From assembly GCA_951406725.2 (NCBI GenBank), contig OX597814.1, forward strand, positions 125,302,001-125,366,000: DNA of 64,000 nucleotides, given 5' to 3'. The notes beneath the pieces are model-generated. The model did not search any database and had not been told where the DNA came from. It saw nothing but the letters and a program-made list of their open reading frames with translations. A program made the translations under genes and the position numbers. This DNA comes from Octopus vulgaris (lineage: Eukaryota). This document shows, one piece after another, positions 25,268 to 39,454 of this stretch; the stretch's first letter is position 1, and each line of letters opens with the position of its first letter.

Positions 25268-26282
25268 CCATCATCATCATAATCATCGTCGTCATCGTCG
25301 TCGCCATATGATAGAATTATCCTCATAATGTGTTTGTTCTAAGAGAACTATACTTTCTGTAGCGTCTGGGTTGGAAATTTGCTTTTATGTAATAAACCAG
25401 GAAACGCCAGTTACTTTTTTGGAACCTCCCACGTCTTTTTGGTATCTCAATTATAATTATTTATGGTGTATACGTGTGGTTTTTGCCAAAAGTTTATCAT
25501 ATTGTGCTCTGTGTCCTCCGCCCCATTTCCTCCGCTGACAACACAATATTCTTGTTGTTTTCCTGCAGGCCATTCAGCACTTCCACCCAGTTATTGGTAA
25601 TTGTTTGGACAATCATGAATTTCAGGTGCTCCCATGGGAGGCTGGAACTTTTTTCGTAGGGAACTTTCAAGCGTTTTGCGTTCGGTAATCATTAGTTTTT
25701 TTTTTCTTTTTTTTTTTGTCTTTCTGTCCGTGACGGTTTCTCACATTTTTCCAGGATATTTCTCTTTTCTGTCACCACAAAATAATAGAATATAACTAAA
25801 CCATCCTGTGTCTGTAGTCAGCATTGTACTAGAAAAGAAGACACCCCTGCCTCCACCACTACCACCACCACCATCACCACCACCACCAGTTTCTCGGTTC
25901 CCTATCTTGTTAGCCTCTGATGCCGATCTTACTAGCCCTGAAGTGATTTTATTTAACCCTCTTTCTGCTCTATTTATACTCGGAGCTTCGGATGTTGGTG
26001 TTGTTGACAGCAAGGAAGCAGTAACAATAGTCTTCTGCAACTATGTTTCCGCTCCTTCTCATCTTTTTTTCCCTTTTCCCTATCTGGGGCGTAGGTCATC
26101 ACGTGGTTCAGGTTCCTATTAAAGCTGTCACAAGATTTCGAGTGAAAGTAGCAAAATGGGTAAACTAAAATTAACTAATCCCCACAAAATGTAACAAAAT
26201 AAAATGAAAATATTTCAGATTGATTGTAAAATATCAGTTTTATTCAGCCTACCTGATTTTCATTTAATATCTTGCCTTCGTC

Positions 26283-26737
26283 AAGGCGGCGAGCTGACAT
26301 AAACGTTAGCACGCCGGGCGAAATGCGTAGCCGTATTTCGTCTGCCGTTACGTTCTGAGTTCTAATTCCGCCGAGGTTGACTTTGTCTTTCATCCTTTCG
26401 GGGTCGATAAATTAAGTACCAGTTACGCACTGGGGTCGATGTAATCGACTTAAACCCTTTTGTCTGACTTTGTTTGTCCCCTCTGCGTTTAGCCCTTTGT
26501 GGCCAATTAAGAAATAAGAAACGTTAGCACACCGGGCGAAATGCTTAGTAGTATTTCATCTATCTTTACGTTCTGAGTTCAAATTCCGCTGAGGTCGACT
26601 CTGCTTTTCATCCTTTCTGAGTCGATAAATTAAGTACCAGCTGCGTACTGGGGTTGATCTAATCAACTACCCCCCCCCACACACACACACACACCACGCA
26701 AAAAAATTTCGGGCTTTCTGCCTAGAGTAGAAAAGAA
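26283..26737 (+). mobile_element. SINE-B tandem pair
   Basis: Consensus match with two different tails. Confidence 0.9.
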
Positions 26738-26754
26738 TATCTTTCCTTTGTGAA

Positions 26755-27127
26755 AGCGCATGGCTTAGTGGTTAGGGTATTCGGTTCACTTTGTAAGGTC
26801 GTGAGTTCAATTCTTGGCAACACGTTGTGTCCTTGAGCAAGACATTTGCCCCTCTCCACTCACGTTGCTCTAGTCCACTCACCTGGCAAAAACGAGTTGT
26901 AACTGTAATTCAAGGTGCCAGCCTTGTAACATTCTGTGTCACGCTGAATCTCCTTGAGAACTGCAATAAGGGTATGCGTGTCTACTTGCACATTAATTAA
27001 GGGTATGCGTGTCTACTTGCACACTAATTAAGGGTATGCGTGCCACTTGCACGTTAATTTTACGAACAGGATTTTCCGTTGATGAGATAAATTGGAACAT
27101 TCGTCGTCGCAACCGACGGAGTGCCAG
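26755..27127 (+). mobile_element. tRNA-derived CORE-type SINE with internal 31-bp tandem repeat
   Basis: A box TGGCTTAGTGG, B box GAGTTCAATTC, GTGTCCTTGAGCAAGACA; tail AACCGACGGAGTGCCA shared with 30795-31173. Confidence 0.8.
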
Positions 27128-27262
27128 TATCCTTTCTTTGCCATCTACATCCTTTTACAAGTCATTTCCCTTTCTTCGTCTTTTTACCCTATTTTTTGAG
27201 ATGGCTTCCATTTCGTGCAATTTGTTTCAAGGTAGTTTTTTGATGCATAAAAGTTTGTATAA

Positions 27263-27778
<516 letters not shown>

Positions 27779-27829
27779 CCTAGAAGTTCATAGGAAAGTT
27801 TTCAATAAAAGCGATTTTTTCTTAGATAT

Positions 27830-29720
27830 TAATCAATACAGAAACTATTATTTCAGTACCAGTTGAAGAAGGGAGCAGTGATTGGAAATTTATCATTGAT
27901 TTTGGCAGTCAAGATAAAGATGTTTATCCCCTCACTTTTCATGGAAAATGTACTAAAATCTTTCTCGCTCCTTTTCTGAAACCATCTTGTAATGTAAGTT
28001 TTCTCTCTCCAATTTTGGCAGCAAATGGTCTAATTTACTGTAAAGATCCTTGAGAAACTGTGACCAGAGTATAAAACAAAATCGTTGATTCATTTACTTT
28101 GCAAGCCAAACACGAAAATCATTGGCTTTTTACTTCTAAGCTCTTGAAGCTCATTCAGAAGAAATTTCCTCTTTATTTTCCTAATAAATACTTTCAACTT
28201 TGGCACCACGATAAATGCCATTGGTGTTAAATTAAGCTGAAGAATTAGCAGCATTGATCTTAGGGACATCATTATTCCTTAGAATTTCTTTCTGAATGAA
28301 ATCACTAAGAATTCCTTTAAAACTCAACTTAATAGCGTTCCTAAGTTTGAGAATTCCAGAACCATCTACTTGAAATTTTATAGGGATCTTATTTACGCCC
28401 GGCAATATTATTAGAAAATATTGGAACGTTTTCATATTCTGCTAAACACCTCGGTCAGTTTGACAAATATCAACATTCACACTTTGCTTAATTCTTCTAA
28501 ATAATCTGGTACTTCTGGACAAACCTTTGATACCCGTAAAGTGCATTCAAGGCTAAGCACACTGTGCATATCAAGAGAGATAAGTGTGTTTGCATTAGTA
28601 AATGTTAAACATCCATTTTCTGGTCCATCATAATAGGCATTATCACTTACAAAGCCGATAAGGTTATTAAACGGAATACATTCTTGTTTAAAGAAAGATT
28701 CAATGGAATTATAAATTCTCTGAACAGTGCTATCTTTAATCTCATTATTCTGTATAGTAATCATAATTCCCAGATACCAACACAAGTTACTTAAAAGTAA
28801 ATACGTCGGTTGTTTTATCTAAAATTGAGAAACTTTTGTTTCTGCAATTGAGAAATAAGATTGTCAAAATACGTAATACCGATAATATTACATGGGTTTA
28901 GCAATTTGGGAATCAGGGTAGATATTTCTTATTTCTTTATTGCCCACAAGGGGCTACACATAGAGGGGACAAACAAGGACAGACAATGGGATTAAGTCGA
29001 TTACACCGACCCCAGTGCGTAACTGGTACTTAATTTATCTACCCCGAAAGGATGAAAGGCAAAGTCGACCTCGGCGGAATTTGAACTCAGAACGCAGCGG
29101 CAAACGAAATACCTACTTTTTCTTTACTACCCACAAGGGGCTAAACATAGAGAGGACAAACAAGGACAGACAAACGGATTAAGTAGATTACATCGACCCC
29201 AATGCGTAACTGGTACTTAATTTATCGACCCCGAAAGGATGAAAGGCGAAGTCGACCTCTGCGGAATTTGAACTCAGAACCTAACGGCAGACGAAATACG
29301 GCTACGCATTTCGCCCGGTGTGCTAACGTTTCTGCCAGCTCGCCGCCTCGTAGATATTTCTAATGAGGCTAACTAGATGATATGTTCTAAAGGCAAATTA
29401 TACTCTGCAATTAACGCACATACATTTTCATTTCTCTTGCTGCTACTTGAACTACCTGAAAGGAAAAAATGACGAGCCTTTATAAAGTTTCTTTAAAAGT
29501 CTGTTTTCCGAAGATTATGGCTTTGAATGATTTTCTATCTTTACGATGCCTTTCCAACAATGTTACACGTCCCACAATTTTACGGATACGTACTTTGCAC
29601 ATAACTGTATGTATTTTACAATCAGACTCTTGGTTTTCCCTTCGTTTTCCATCGAGAACGCCCAGGAAAATAGCATGAACATTGATCAACGCAAAACGTC
29701 GGAAATGATCAGGTGAACAT
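27830..29720 (-). pseudogene. Decayed hAT-superfamily transposase
   Basis: Remnants: zinc-finger-like CKV..LLERH; IRNIYPDSQIAK (restored across the SINE insertion); LDKTTD; IPFNNLIGFVSDNA; C-terminal LPSSTGTE dimerisation-like motif. Confidence 0.7.
28930..29349 (-). mobile_element. Dimeric SINE-B inserted into the hAT pseudogene
   Basis: 12-bp TSD GTAGATATTTCT (28918-28929, 29350-29361) brackets both units. Confidence 0.93.
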
Positions 29721-30075
29721 TTTATGATATTCGTTAATCCAGGGAGTGAAAGAACAGGAGCATTCAAGATCAGATTTCACTATACTAGAGTAAGATACTA
29801 CTTCTACTACTACCACTACTACTACTACTACTACTACTGCTACTTCTACTACAACTACTAGAGATGTTACTTTCTTATTCGATACCAGAATAAAAGAAAA
29901 AGAAAACGAGAAACCTGGAAATTTGAAACTGCAGAGATGTTATGGTAATTCCTGTTATGATAGAATCACATGAAAATACTTTCAAATGGCTCTCTCTGGT
30001 CAACATAACAATTAAATTAGTGACATTATAGAAAGTTTGTCTTCTGAGTACAGCCAGAATCTTATGATATAGATG

Positions 30076-30495
30076 AAGGCAGCGAGCTGGCAGAAACATT
30101 TGCACACCGGGCGAAATGCTTAGCAGTATTTCGTCTGCCGCTACGTTCTGAGTTCAAATTCCGCCGAGGTCAATTTTGCCTTTCATCCTTTCGGGGTCGA
30201 TAAATTAAGTACCAGTTACGCACTGGGGTCGATATAATCCTCTTAATCCGTTTGCCTGTCCTTGTTTGTCCTCTCTGTGTTTAGCCCCTTGTGCGTAATA
30301 AGGAAATAGGAATTTCGTCTGCTGCTACATTCTGAGTTCAAATTCCGCCGAGGTCAACTTTGCCTTTCATCCTTTCGGGGTCGATAAGTTAAGTACCAGT
30401 TACATATTGGGGTCGATGTAATCGACTTAATCCCTTTGTCTGTCCTTGTTTGTCCCCTCTATGTATAGCCTCTTGTGAGCAATAAAGAAATAAGA
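30076..30495 (+). mobile_element. Dimeric SINE-B
   Basis: Consensus match; degenerate TSD AGAAYCTTAYGATATA. Confidence 0.9.
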
Positions 30496-30794
30496 ACCTT
30501 ACGATATATGCTGAATATCTGAAGATATGAGGAATAACTTGATGTCTAGCAAACAAAACCGGTAGAATCACCAAAATTATTGCTGTACTGCCAGTGTCTT
30601 TAGAGCATCGGACAAAATGCTTTGCCGCATTTGTTCCCAATCTTTTACGTTTTCAGTTGGAGTCAGCTTCAGTTGTCATCTCTCGGGATCGATAACTAAA
30701 GAACCAATCATACACTGGGGTTGATGGTGCCGACTAATTCCTTACTATCAAAGTTACTGACCTTGTGTTTAAATAAGACACTATCATTGACATT

Positions 30795-31173
30795 GGAGGC
30801 GCAATGACCCAGTGGTTAGGGCAGCGGACTCGCGATCGTAGGATCGCGATTTCGTTTCCCAGATCGAGCATTGTGAGTGTTTATTGAGCGTAAACACCTA
30901 AAACTCCACGAGACTCCGGCAGGGAGTTGTGGCGAACCCCGTTGCACTCTTTCACCACAACTTTCTCTCACTCTTTCTGCCTGTTTCTGTTGTACCTATA
31001 TTTCAAAGGGCCAGCCTTGTCGCACTCAGTATTACGCTGAATCTCCCTGTGAACTATGTTAAGGGTACACGTGTCTGTGGAATACTCAGCCACTTGCACG
31101 TTAATTCCACGAGCAGGCTGTTCTGTTGATCGGATCAACTGGAACCCTCGTTGTCGTAACCGACGGAGTACCA
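30795..31173 (+). mobile_element. tRNA-Arg-like SINE (OR-type head)
   Basis: GGAGGCGCAATGACCCAGTGGTTAGGGCAGCGGACTCGCG head shared with 53928 and 58678. Confidence 0.85.
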
Positions 31174-31254
31174 CCATCATTAATAGTGTTGCCTTGCTGA
31201 AGATTGTGACATTAAATTAATGCCATATGACATCGTATTTATGCTGTATTCCTC

Positions 31255-31414
31255 ACGGACATGGTTGTGTGATTAAGAAACTCGCTTTGGAACTATGTTG
31301 TTTCAGGTTCAGTCCACTTGCACCTTACATAAGCGTTTTTTACTGCAGCCCCGGGGTGACCAATACATGGTGAAGTTGGTGGACAGAAACTATGTGGAAG
31401 CCCATCGCGTACAT

Positions 31415-31446
<32 letters not shown>

Positions 31447-31685
31447 AAGAGACAGAGAGAGAGAGAGTGCATATGTATGTTTGTGTGTGCGTGTGTGTGT
31501 GTATGCATGTATCTTCCTCCCCATCACCACCGCTTGACAATCAGTGTTTATATCCATGTAACCGAGTAGTTTGGCAAAAAAATACCAATGAGTTAGTACC
31601 AAACTATTAAATATTAAAGTATTAGAATCGATTTTTTCGACTCCAGCTTGGCCGCAGTCCAATGACTGAAACAAATAAAAGAAAA
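31255..31685 (+). mobile_element. Old SINE-A
   Basis: Diverged consensus match. Confidence 0.75.
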
Positions 31686-32009
31686 ACTACAAAGGACAAT
31701 AATGCTTGTCAGTTATCTTTCAGGTGCATTACTAACTACAGCTTGATTGCGTAAGTAAAGGATGTATCAATTCTCACCTGAGGCAAAGGAAGAAGTCACT
31801 ACAAACAGCTGCCAAATCATTCTTAGATCATGTCCCATCTACTTAGAAAAGAACACATTGAATAGTGTTGCCCTGGGTTCTCTGCGGCGGGAATGTTTTT
31901 GTTGCCTCAGGACTGGCCTTGAGTTAAACAACAACAGCAACTAATAGAATGAATCAGTCAACAAAGTGCCTCTCTGGGACAGCTAAACCTCTTAGAAACA
32001 ACAGTTAAA

Positions 32010-32423
32010 GGCGGCAGCTGGCAGAAAGGTTAGCACGCCGAGCGAAATGCTTAGCGGTATTCCGTCTGCCGCAACGTTCTGAGATCAAATTCCGCCGAGG
32101 TCTACTTTGCTTTTCATCCTTTCGGGGTCGATTAAATAAGTACCAGTTACGCACTAGGGTCGATACAATCGACTTAATCCGTTTGTCTGTCCTTGTTTGT
32201 CCTCTCTGTGTTTAGCCCTTTGTGGGTAGTAAAGAAATAGGTATTTCGTCTGTCTTTGCGTTCTGAGTTCAAATTTCGCCGAGGTCGACTTTGCCTTTCA
32301 TCCTTTCGGGGTCGATAAATTAAGTACCAGTTACGCACTGGGGTCGATGTAATCGACTTAATCCCTTTGGCTGTCCTTGTTTGTCCCCTCTATGTGTAGC
32401 CCCATGTGGTCAATAAAGAAATA
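32010..32423 (+). mobile_element. Dimeric SINE-B with 16-bp TSD
   Basis: TSD AGAAACAACAGTTAAA at 31994-32009 and 32424-32439. Confidence 0.93.
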
Positions 32424-32549
32424 AGAAACAACAGTTAAATTTTCTCCAGAATCACTGCTTCCTCTACAATAAAAGAGAGAATAGAATGTTCGAGGATGTA
32501 ATTTTGGGTACAATATATCAAAAAGGGACTGTGTAAACGTGGAGAGTAC

Positions 32550-34060
32550 ATGTGAACGAATGGGGGTGAAAACACATGCGATCTAGCCCCTATTCTTGGC
32601 GATTTTGAGATCCACGCATCTCTTTGTCCCTGGAATGGAAGGCGGAGTGGCAATGCTGTTTAAGAAAAGCCTGGATCTCGAGGTTCGGACGATCTTCTTG
32701 GATACGGATGGTAAGTTGTTCCTGGAGGTGAGCAATAGCGAAGGTTGTGCTTTTAGATTAGTCACTCTACGCTCCAACTGGAGCGGAACAGCTGGATTTC
32801 TTCAGACGCCTAGAGGATTTTCATGGGACATCACACTCTTTAGTGCTAATGAACGATTGGAATGCCATTTTGGATGCACGCTTGGATAGGATGGGACTAG
32901 CTGATAGGAGAGGGGGATGTAAAAGCTTCATAGAGCTGCCCAGCCGCTTCCAACTGGCTGACAGGTACCGACTGAATTTCCCGAATGCGTCAATGTGGAC
33001 ATGAGCAAACAGCACCGGGTTTTTCAGATCGTATCTACGTAGGGTATTCTGAAGGCCAGTAGATGGAAGTAGCATAGGTTGTCCACAGTTCAAAGTTATC
33101 GGCTACATAGACCACAAATTTTTGATGAGCATGATCGACGTAGATAGGATCCATAGGCAGGTTCCCGGGTACTGGAAGCTGAACACGTCTTTCCCGGCGC
33201 ATCAAGCATTCAGAAACCGGGTTAGTTAGTCCATCGGAATTTTTTGGGTGCGATCGTCAACAACCACTAGTGGATAGTCCTGAAAAGGACTAGTAAAGTA
33301 GAGGCGGTAGGATTTAGTAAAGAAATATCTTTAGAGGAATCTAGGATAGAGGGAGAGCTAGTTAGGAAGCTAGAAGAGGCTCGTGATCAATTCTTCTATG
33401 CCAAGCACAAAGGCTGCATTGTCAGAGCTAGAACGCGTGCCCTAAGACATGAAGGGACGAAAGCCGTTCGATGGTTCCGGGTGGCAGAAGTGCAACGTGG
33501 CAACAAATCCACAATTCAGTTTTTGACGGGACGGAATGGGCGTATCCTATAAGAATCAAGCAGATGTGTACGAAATTTCAGCGGCACTTCACCGAACTGT
33601 TCGGGGCGCATGGTGTGTCAGGAATGGTGGCAGGTTTCATCTCCTACTTCGACAGTATGCCGCGTCTTTCGTCCAGATATGCGGGTTCTGTGAAATACCG
33701 ATAACAAACGAAGACATACGGGACGCGATAACGGGCTTCACAAAGGAGAAGTCTCTGGGGCTGGATGATCTGTATCTTCATATGCCAGATTTGTTCGGAG
33801 GAGTTGAGAAGGAGAGGGGCGCTTGCTGAGATGCCTCTAGCCGTCGGGGTATCTAGAATGTGTGGGACAGATGTGTGGAGTTCCTCGGTTGTCCCTGAGA
33901 GGAATTCACCCCTTTGGAGAATTTTTAATACTTAATTGTATTGTTATTGTTATTTATCGTATATTCGACATAGTTCCAAACACCACTTGTCCCTTGTGTT
34001 ATATTGTTTCTATTTGTTTTATATTCAGACCTTGTGACCAATAAAGAAATCATTATTATT
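32550..34060 (+). pseudogene. Tx1/L1-like LINE, APE endonuclease to start of RT, internally deleted, with 3' UTR
   Basis: GVAMLFKKSL, NDWNAIL, GYIDH, YWKLNTS and KSLGLDD motifs across frameshifts; ends CTTGTGACCAATAAAGAAAT(CAT/TAT)n. Confidence 0.8.
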
Positions 34061-34394
34061 GTCATATTCGTACGTCAAACAAATCAGATGAAACCAATAA
34101 CGGGAAACAAATATTTCAGATCAGTCCCCAAAAGTTTCTACTCTCGTTCGATTTGGCGATGAAGTTATTCAGGAGGATGTTCATCGTGTTTTCTTTGCTC
34201 CCACAAAATTTTAGTGGGTGCATCTGCACCCTCTATTGCCAAGATCACGATACGGGTACAGCTGGAACAATGGCGTAGCAACAAAGTATCAAGGGTTCTC
34301 AGTAGCTTGAATCGACGGCACTTTTAACATTCCTTTCTCAATTGAAACGAATCACTTAGACTTAATACACACATACATACACACACTCATATCC

Positions 34395-34431
<37 letters not shown>

Positions 34432-34479
34432 ATATATGCATGCATACATACACACGCATATACATATACATACACACAA

Positions 34480-34510
<31 letters not shown>

Positions 34511-34706
34511 CGTATGCATGTATTGATATATAGATGTGTATATTTGGCATACGTGTATATGTGTATATCAGTGTGTGATATTGACTGACAGTGTGTCAGC
34601 GCTACTTTCTGTAATACAATATATTTTCGTCAAGATAGTAATTTAAAAGCTTACAAATTTTTTCTACGACAAAAGGAAACTAATTTCTAATATCACTTTA
34701 ATTTCA

Positions 34707-34858
<152 letters not shown>

Positions 34859-35266
34859 TATATATTGTGTGTGTGTGTGTGTGTGTATAGATGTATGTAT
34901 GTGTGTGTAGTGTGTGTGTGTTTGCGTTTGCCTGCGTGTCTGTGTATGTGTATCTATGTATGTATATATGTGTATATACACATGCATACTCACACACATA
35001 TACATTTGCCAGAGAGGGAATTTTATTTAAGTCATTGTATTATAATTTCCTGAAATATCAATTGGCTTCAATTCGTTAAATTTTGAAAATTACGCAAATC
35101 ACTTTCATGTTTTATCTATGTATAATTTCTTGTCTTCATTCTTATTTTTTTCTTTTGCCTTTCTGTTCATTGTTTATCAGCCAACAAACGTATTGAAATT
35201 AAATATGTATAGTGGTTGTTTCAACATACATACATACATACATACATACATACATACATACATACA

Positions 35267-35298
<32 letters not shown>

Positions 35299-35737
35299 AA
35301 ACTTAACTATTTCCAACATTTTTAAATAAGGAAACTCACGCCATTGAAAAAGTATAAAGCAAAACCTAACCACTTGTAACATTCTATTCCTTCTAAACCA
35401 AATTATGTTAAATTAGTCATTCCCAACATGTTTGATTATCTCCCTTATACCGGAAAAAATCCTTGATTACCTTTCCCCTGCCTCGAACTCCATATTTCAC
35501 AACATAGCGAAAACATGACACGATGTAGGTAAAGAAATTTGAGAAATTTAAAAAGAAAATATGAAACCGGTTATTTCTCCCAAAACTATGTTACTATACG
35601 CAAAATTTTATAACATTTTTCTAACATAACGATTTAAATATATTCTTTAACCATATAACACAAGCCTTCTGTAGTATTTTCACTCTTTTTTGTCTTTTAT
35701 ACATCCAACAACGTGGTTTCACATACCAACTCTCTCA

Positions 35738-35793
<56 letters not shown>

Positions 35794-35842
35794 ATAGGAA
35801 AGAATGGAGCTGAACGAAGATTTAACAAAGTTCCTTTATCTT

Positions 35843-35928
35843 ATTTTCGACATATGTTTCGAAGTCTGCAAAATCCCTAATACCGAATGAATAAGGAGTC
35901 CATTATGCAGCTTTCTCTTCAGGAAAAT
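35843..35928 (-). ncRNA. Minimal type I hammerhead ribozyme (Penelope pLTR type)
   Basis: Minus: ATTTTC-CTGAAGA-GAAAGCTGCA...TGCAGACTTC-GAAAC-ATAT-GTC-GAAAAT; 6-bp stem I, palindromic stem III ACATATGT, GUC triplet. Confidence 0.75.
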
Positions 35929-36846
35929 CCAGGAACTTAATTCTCCAACAAAATGCACAACAAGTTTTTCGATGACTGCTCACTAGGAGCCCATAGAGAT
36001 GGGCTCCTAAAAAAAGGGTTATAAATTAAATAAAGGGAAATGTGGCGTCTGTAGACGAGAAATAATAATGATTTACATACATAAAACATAGAAACAAAGA
36101 GAGAAACGGAATGAGATGCTCGACCGAGCTGTAACAAATAGAAGCCAGACTCCTTCAAATCTTGACGTACCGTCTTGACAATGAAAGAACACAACATTAG
36201 GCAATATCATTTTTGGTTGTAGAAAAGACAGGATGGCTATGACTGAAGCACATTTAATCATAGGTAGGATCAATTGAAGTTAACCTAGGATTAAACAAGC
36301 GTTTTGCTTTACAAAAGCCTCCTCCCCCCAAAAAAAATCTAATAGGAGGGAGTGTAAATATTTTAATTCATATTTTTTTACAGCACTCGCATTAAATTAC
36401 AGCTTCGGAATAATTTTGTGGTTTTCGCAGGTCGTAAGAACTTTTGTGTTCATAGAAACCCCACTGAAGCGAATATGTTTTGTGTAACCTCTGCGCTCTA
36501 CCACAAAGCAGATGAAGATCCAAAGATGACCCTCATTACCAGTATCCGTAACTGTAACCCTGATATTTTATCGCCTATATACTGAGACTCAAGTCTGTGG
36601 GCAGGCTTGTGATACTCAAACTCTGCCTATCGGCTCACATCACTCGTGGACCCCAAAATCAAGCGTATATATTCTGTGCAATGGTTTTATATTCCATTTC
36701 CCAGTCCTTGAGCAATGGAAAACATGTCATTCCATACATCGGTCAGAACTTTGAGGGATCATAGTAACCTCCGCCATATTTCGAAAGACAAAAGTATATC
36801 ACTTTCGATTAAATCCTTAAGTAAAGAGGCAAAATGATTTTTAATA

Positions 36847-37385
36847 TTAGGTTGTCTGGAAAGTTCGTGCCGTTTTTTAAAGGAAAGAAAAAGGTCAATA
36901 AATACTTGCCATTATATTTTTAATCAAACAAATATGAACCATTTTGTTGCACAATGGGTCTCCATCTTTCCTTTTACTTGAAAATACCCTCTTCCCAGAA
37001 TTAAGGTGGTTTCATGGCAAAGAATTCATCAAGGTATCTTTTTACGTCATCCAAGGAATTGACATTTTTACCATTAAGGCTATTCTGCAGAGACCTGAAT
37101 AAGTGGAAATCCGAAGGAGCAATATCTGGTGAATATGGAGTTGCAGCAATTTTTGTCTGGTTCCCAATGCACCAAGTGCCGAAAATGAACTCTCTTATCT
37201 TCCATGTTAAAGGGTTACAAAATTAACACAGGTTATAGGGACATAAACCTTCTTCCACGAAAAGATAGCTTAAACTGTGCTCTAAATAGGTGTATTCAAA
37301 TCCTATTTTATGGATTCAACCATGTTCTAAAATAAATCGAAAGGTAAACTACTATAAATCGGCACGAACTTTCCGGACAACCCAA
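36847..37385 (-). mobile_element. Non-autonomous mariner (539 bp)
   Basis: TIRs TTAGGTTGTCTGGAAAGTTCGTGCCG / CGGCACGAACTTTCCGGACAACCCAA with TA TSDs; minus strand PYSPDIAPSDFHLFRSLQNSL. Confidence 0.92.
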
Positions 37386-37879
37386 TATATCTCTTTTTAC
37401 AATTTTTTTTTTTTGCTATATTGGAATTGGTTCCCAAACCAACAGAACTTTTGTTACTGCGCTGTAACATGTATATATTATTGTGAAAGTTTTAAAAATA
37501 CTTCCGTCTATGAAATTGCAATTTTCTTTGTATTTATAACAGTGGATATGTCAGTGTGCTTGCTTAAATGTCATTGAATATTCTTTCTGTTTAGTCTTCT
37601 TTTAAAATTGTGTGCTATAGGTTTGTTTACAGACTTCTTACCTCGAGGGAAAAAAATCTGTTTCACTACTTCAGCAGACCCTGTTAAAACACAAACGAAC
37701 GCTTACAAAAACATAGAATATAAAATGTCCAAGGACAAATCTCAATCTCCATGCCAAAGCCAAGTGGCTATTAAAATATTTCGAATCCTTTCTCATTGGC
37801 ACATAATAAAATGAAAACTTTTTTGCATACAACTTGGTGTTTGACAACATTAATTCACTTCGTAACATAACAACAAATA

Positions 37880-37903
37880 AAAATAATAATAATAATAATA
37901 ATA

Positions 37904-38000
<97 letters not shown>

Positions 38001-38285
38001 TAATAATAATAATAATAATAATAATAAGATAATAATGATTTCTTTTATTTGCCACAAAGACGAAGCATGAGGGGGGCAATACAGAGACAGACATAAAGTG
38101 TCGGGATTTACATATAATAATAAAAGGACAAAAATGAAAGTAAGTATACACGGTAGACACTGAAATAGAAAAAGCATACACATAGCATACAAAAGGTAAA
38201 AAAGAAAATAATAATCTTCAATCAACAACATAACGATATTGGGTATTGTGTGACGTATTAACTAATAATAATGATAATACTGATG

Positions 38286-38374
<89 letters not shown>

Positions 38375-38405
38375 AAGAAGAAGAAGAAGAAGAAGAAGAA
38401 GAAAT
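37880..38405. repeat. (AAT)n/(GAA)n arrays with a Tx1-like 3' UTR fragment (~38035-38235, minus)
   Basis: Microsatellites seen directly; minus TTGTGGCAAATAAAAGAAATCATT tail. Confidence 0.75.
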
Positions 38406-38694
38406 AACAATAATGGTTTCAATTTGTGGCACAAGGCCAGCAGTTTTAGGTAAGAGGGTGAGTCGATTACATCGACCACAGTGCTCAATTGATGCTTATT
38501 TTATCGACCTCGACAGGATGAAAGTGAAAGGCAAAGTCGACCTCGACGGAATTTGAACTCAGAACGTAAAGATGGATGAAATGCAACGAAGCATTTTGTA
38601 CAGCTTACTCTAATGACGACGACAACGAAAACGACGACGACGACGATGATGATGATGATGATGATAAATAAATAAATACATAAATTAAAAAACA

Positions 38695-39205
38695 CTTTGT
38701 TGGCCACAAGAACCGCACGAATAGGACATCACAACTAGAAAGGACTGTGAGGGTTTACATACACAGGCGTAAACAATAAGAAAAACAAATTACAAAGAAA
38801 TTATTACAACAAAATTCTCTGATAGGAGGGAATACCATCTTGCAGTGAGCAAGGAACCCCTCAGATCCTGGATCATCCCCACCACCTAAGAAAACCATTC
38901 AGAGGTTCCCCTTTTCCTATGCATTCTATTCATCCTATTGGTACAAGCTTAATGTAGTTTCACTCCCTCGAACTATACTCACACATTCACCCACCTTTCA
39001 TCAAAATTAATGGCGAACACTATTTCCCTCTCAAACTCACCTTCCTTTTCAAATTAAATTCTAAAAAGCTGACGAGCGTTTGACTGAAAAGGAATGTGTT
39101 CCTGTCTTTAGTCCTTTCAGTTTTTTCCAGTAAATCTCTTTTGCCATAGCCTCGAAGCGCGGGAAAACTGCCAACTACGATTTTCGGCTGAAAAGTCCAT
39201 AGAGA
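38695..39205 (-). mobile_element. 3' fragment of Tx1/L1-like LINE
   Basis: FLEFNLKRKV..FDERWVNV C-terminal remnant, homologous to the 9016 and 15440 fragments. Confidence 0.55.
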
Positions 39206-39214
39206 GACCAAGAT

Positions 39215-39450
39215 AAAGGTGGCGAGCTGGCAGAAACGTTAGCATGCCGGGCGAAATGTTTATCGGCATTTCGTCTGTCTTTGCGTTCTGAGTTCAAATT
39301 CCGCCGAGGTCGACTTTGCCTTTCATCCTTTTGGGGTCGATTAAGTAAGTACCAGTTACGCACTGGGGTCGATATAATCGAGTCAATCTATTTGTCTATC
39401 CTTGTTTGTCCCCTCTATGTTTAGCTCCTTGTGGGCCATAAAGAAATAAG
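39215..39450 (+). mobile_element. SINE-B
   Basis: Consensus match; TSD AGAGWGACCAAGAT. Confidence 0.9.
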
Positions 39451-39454
39451 AGTG

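Noticed and set aside
25741-26122. Gly-rich and Pro-rich ORFs as host genes
   Set aside because: Non-ATG starts, driven by a (CCA)n tract, and no recognisable domain
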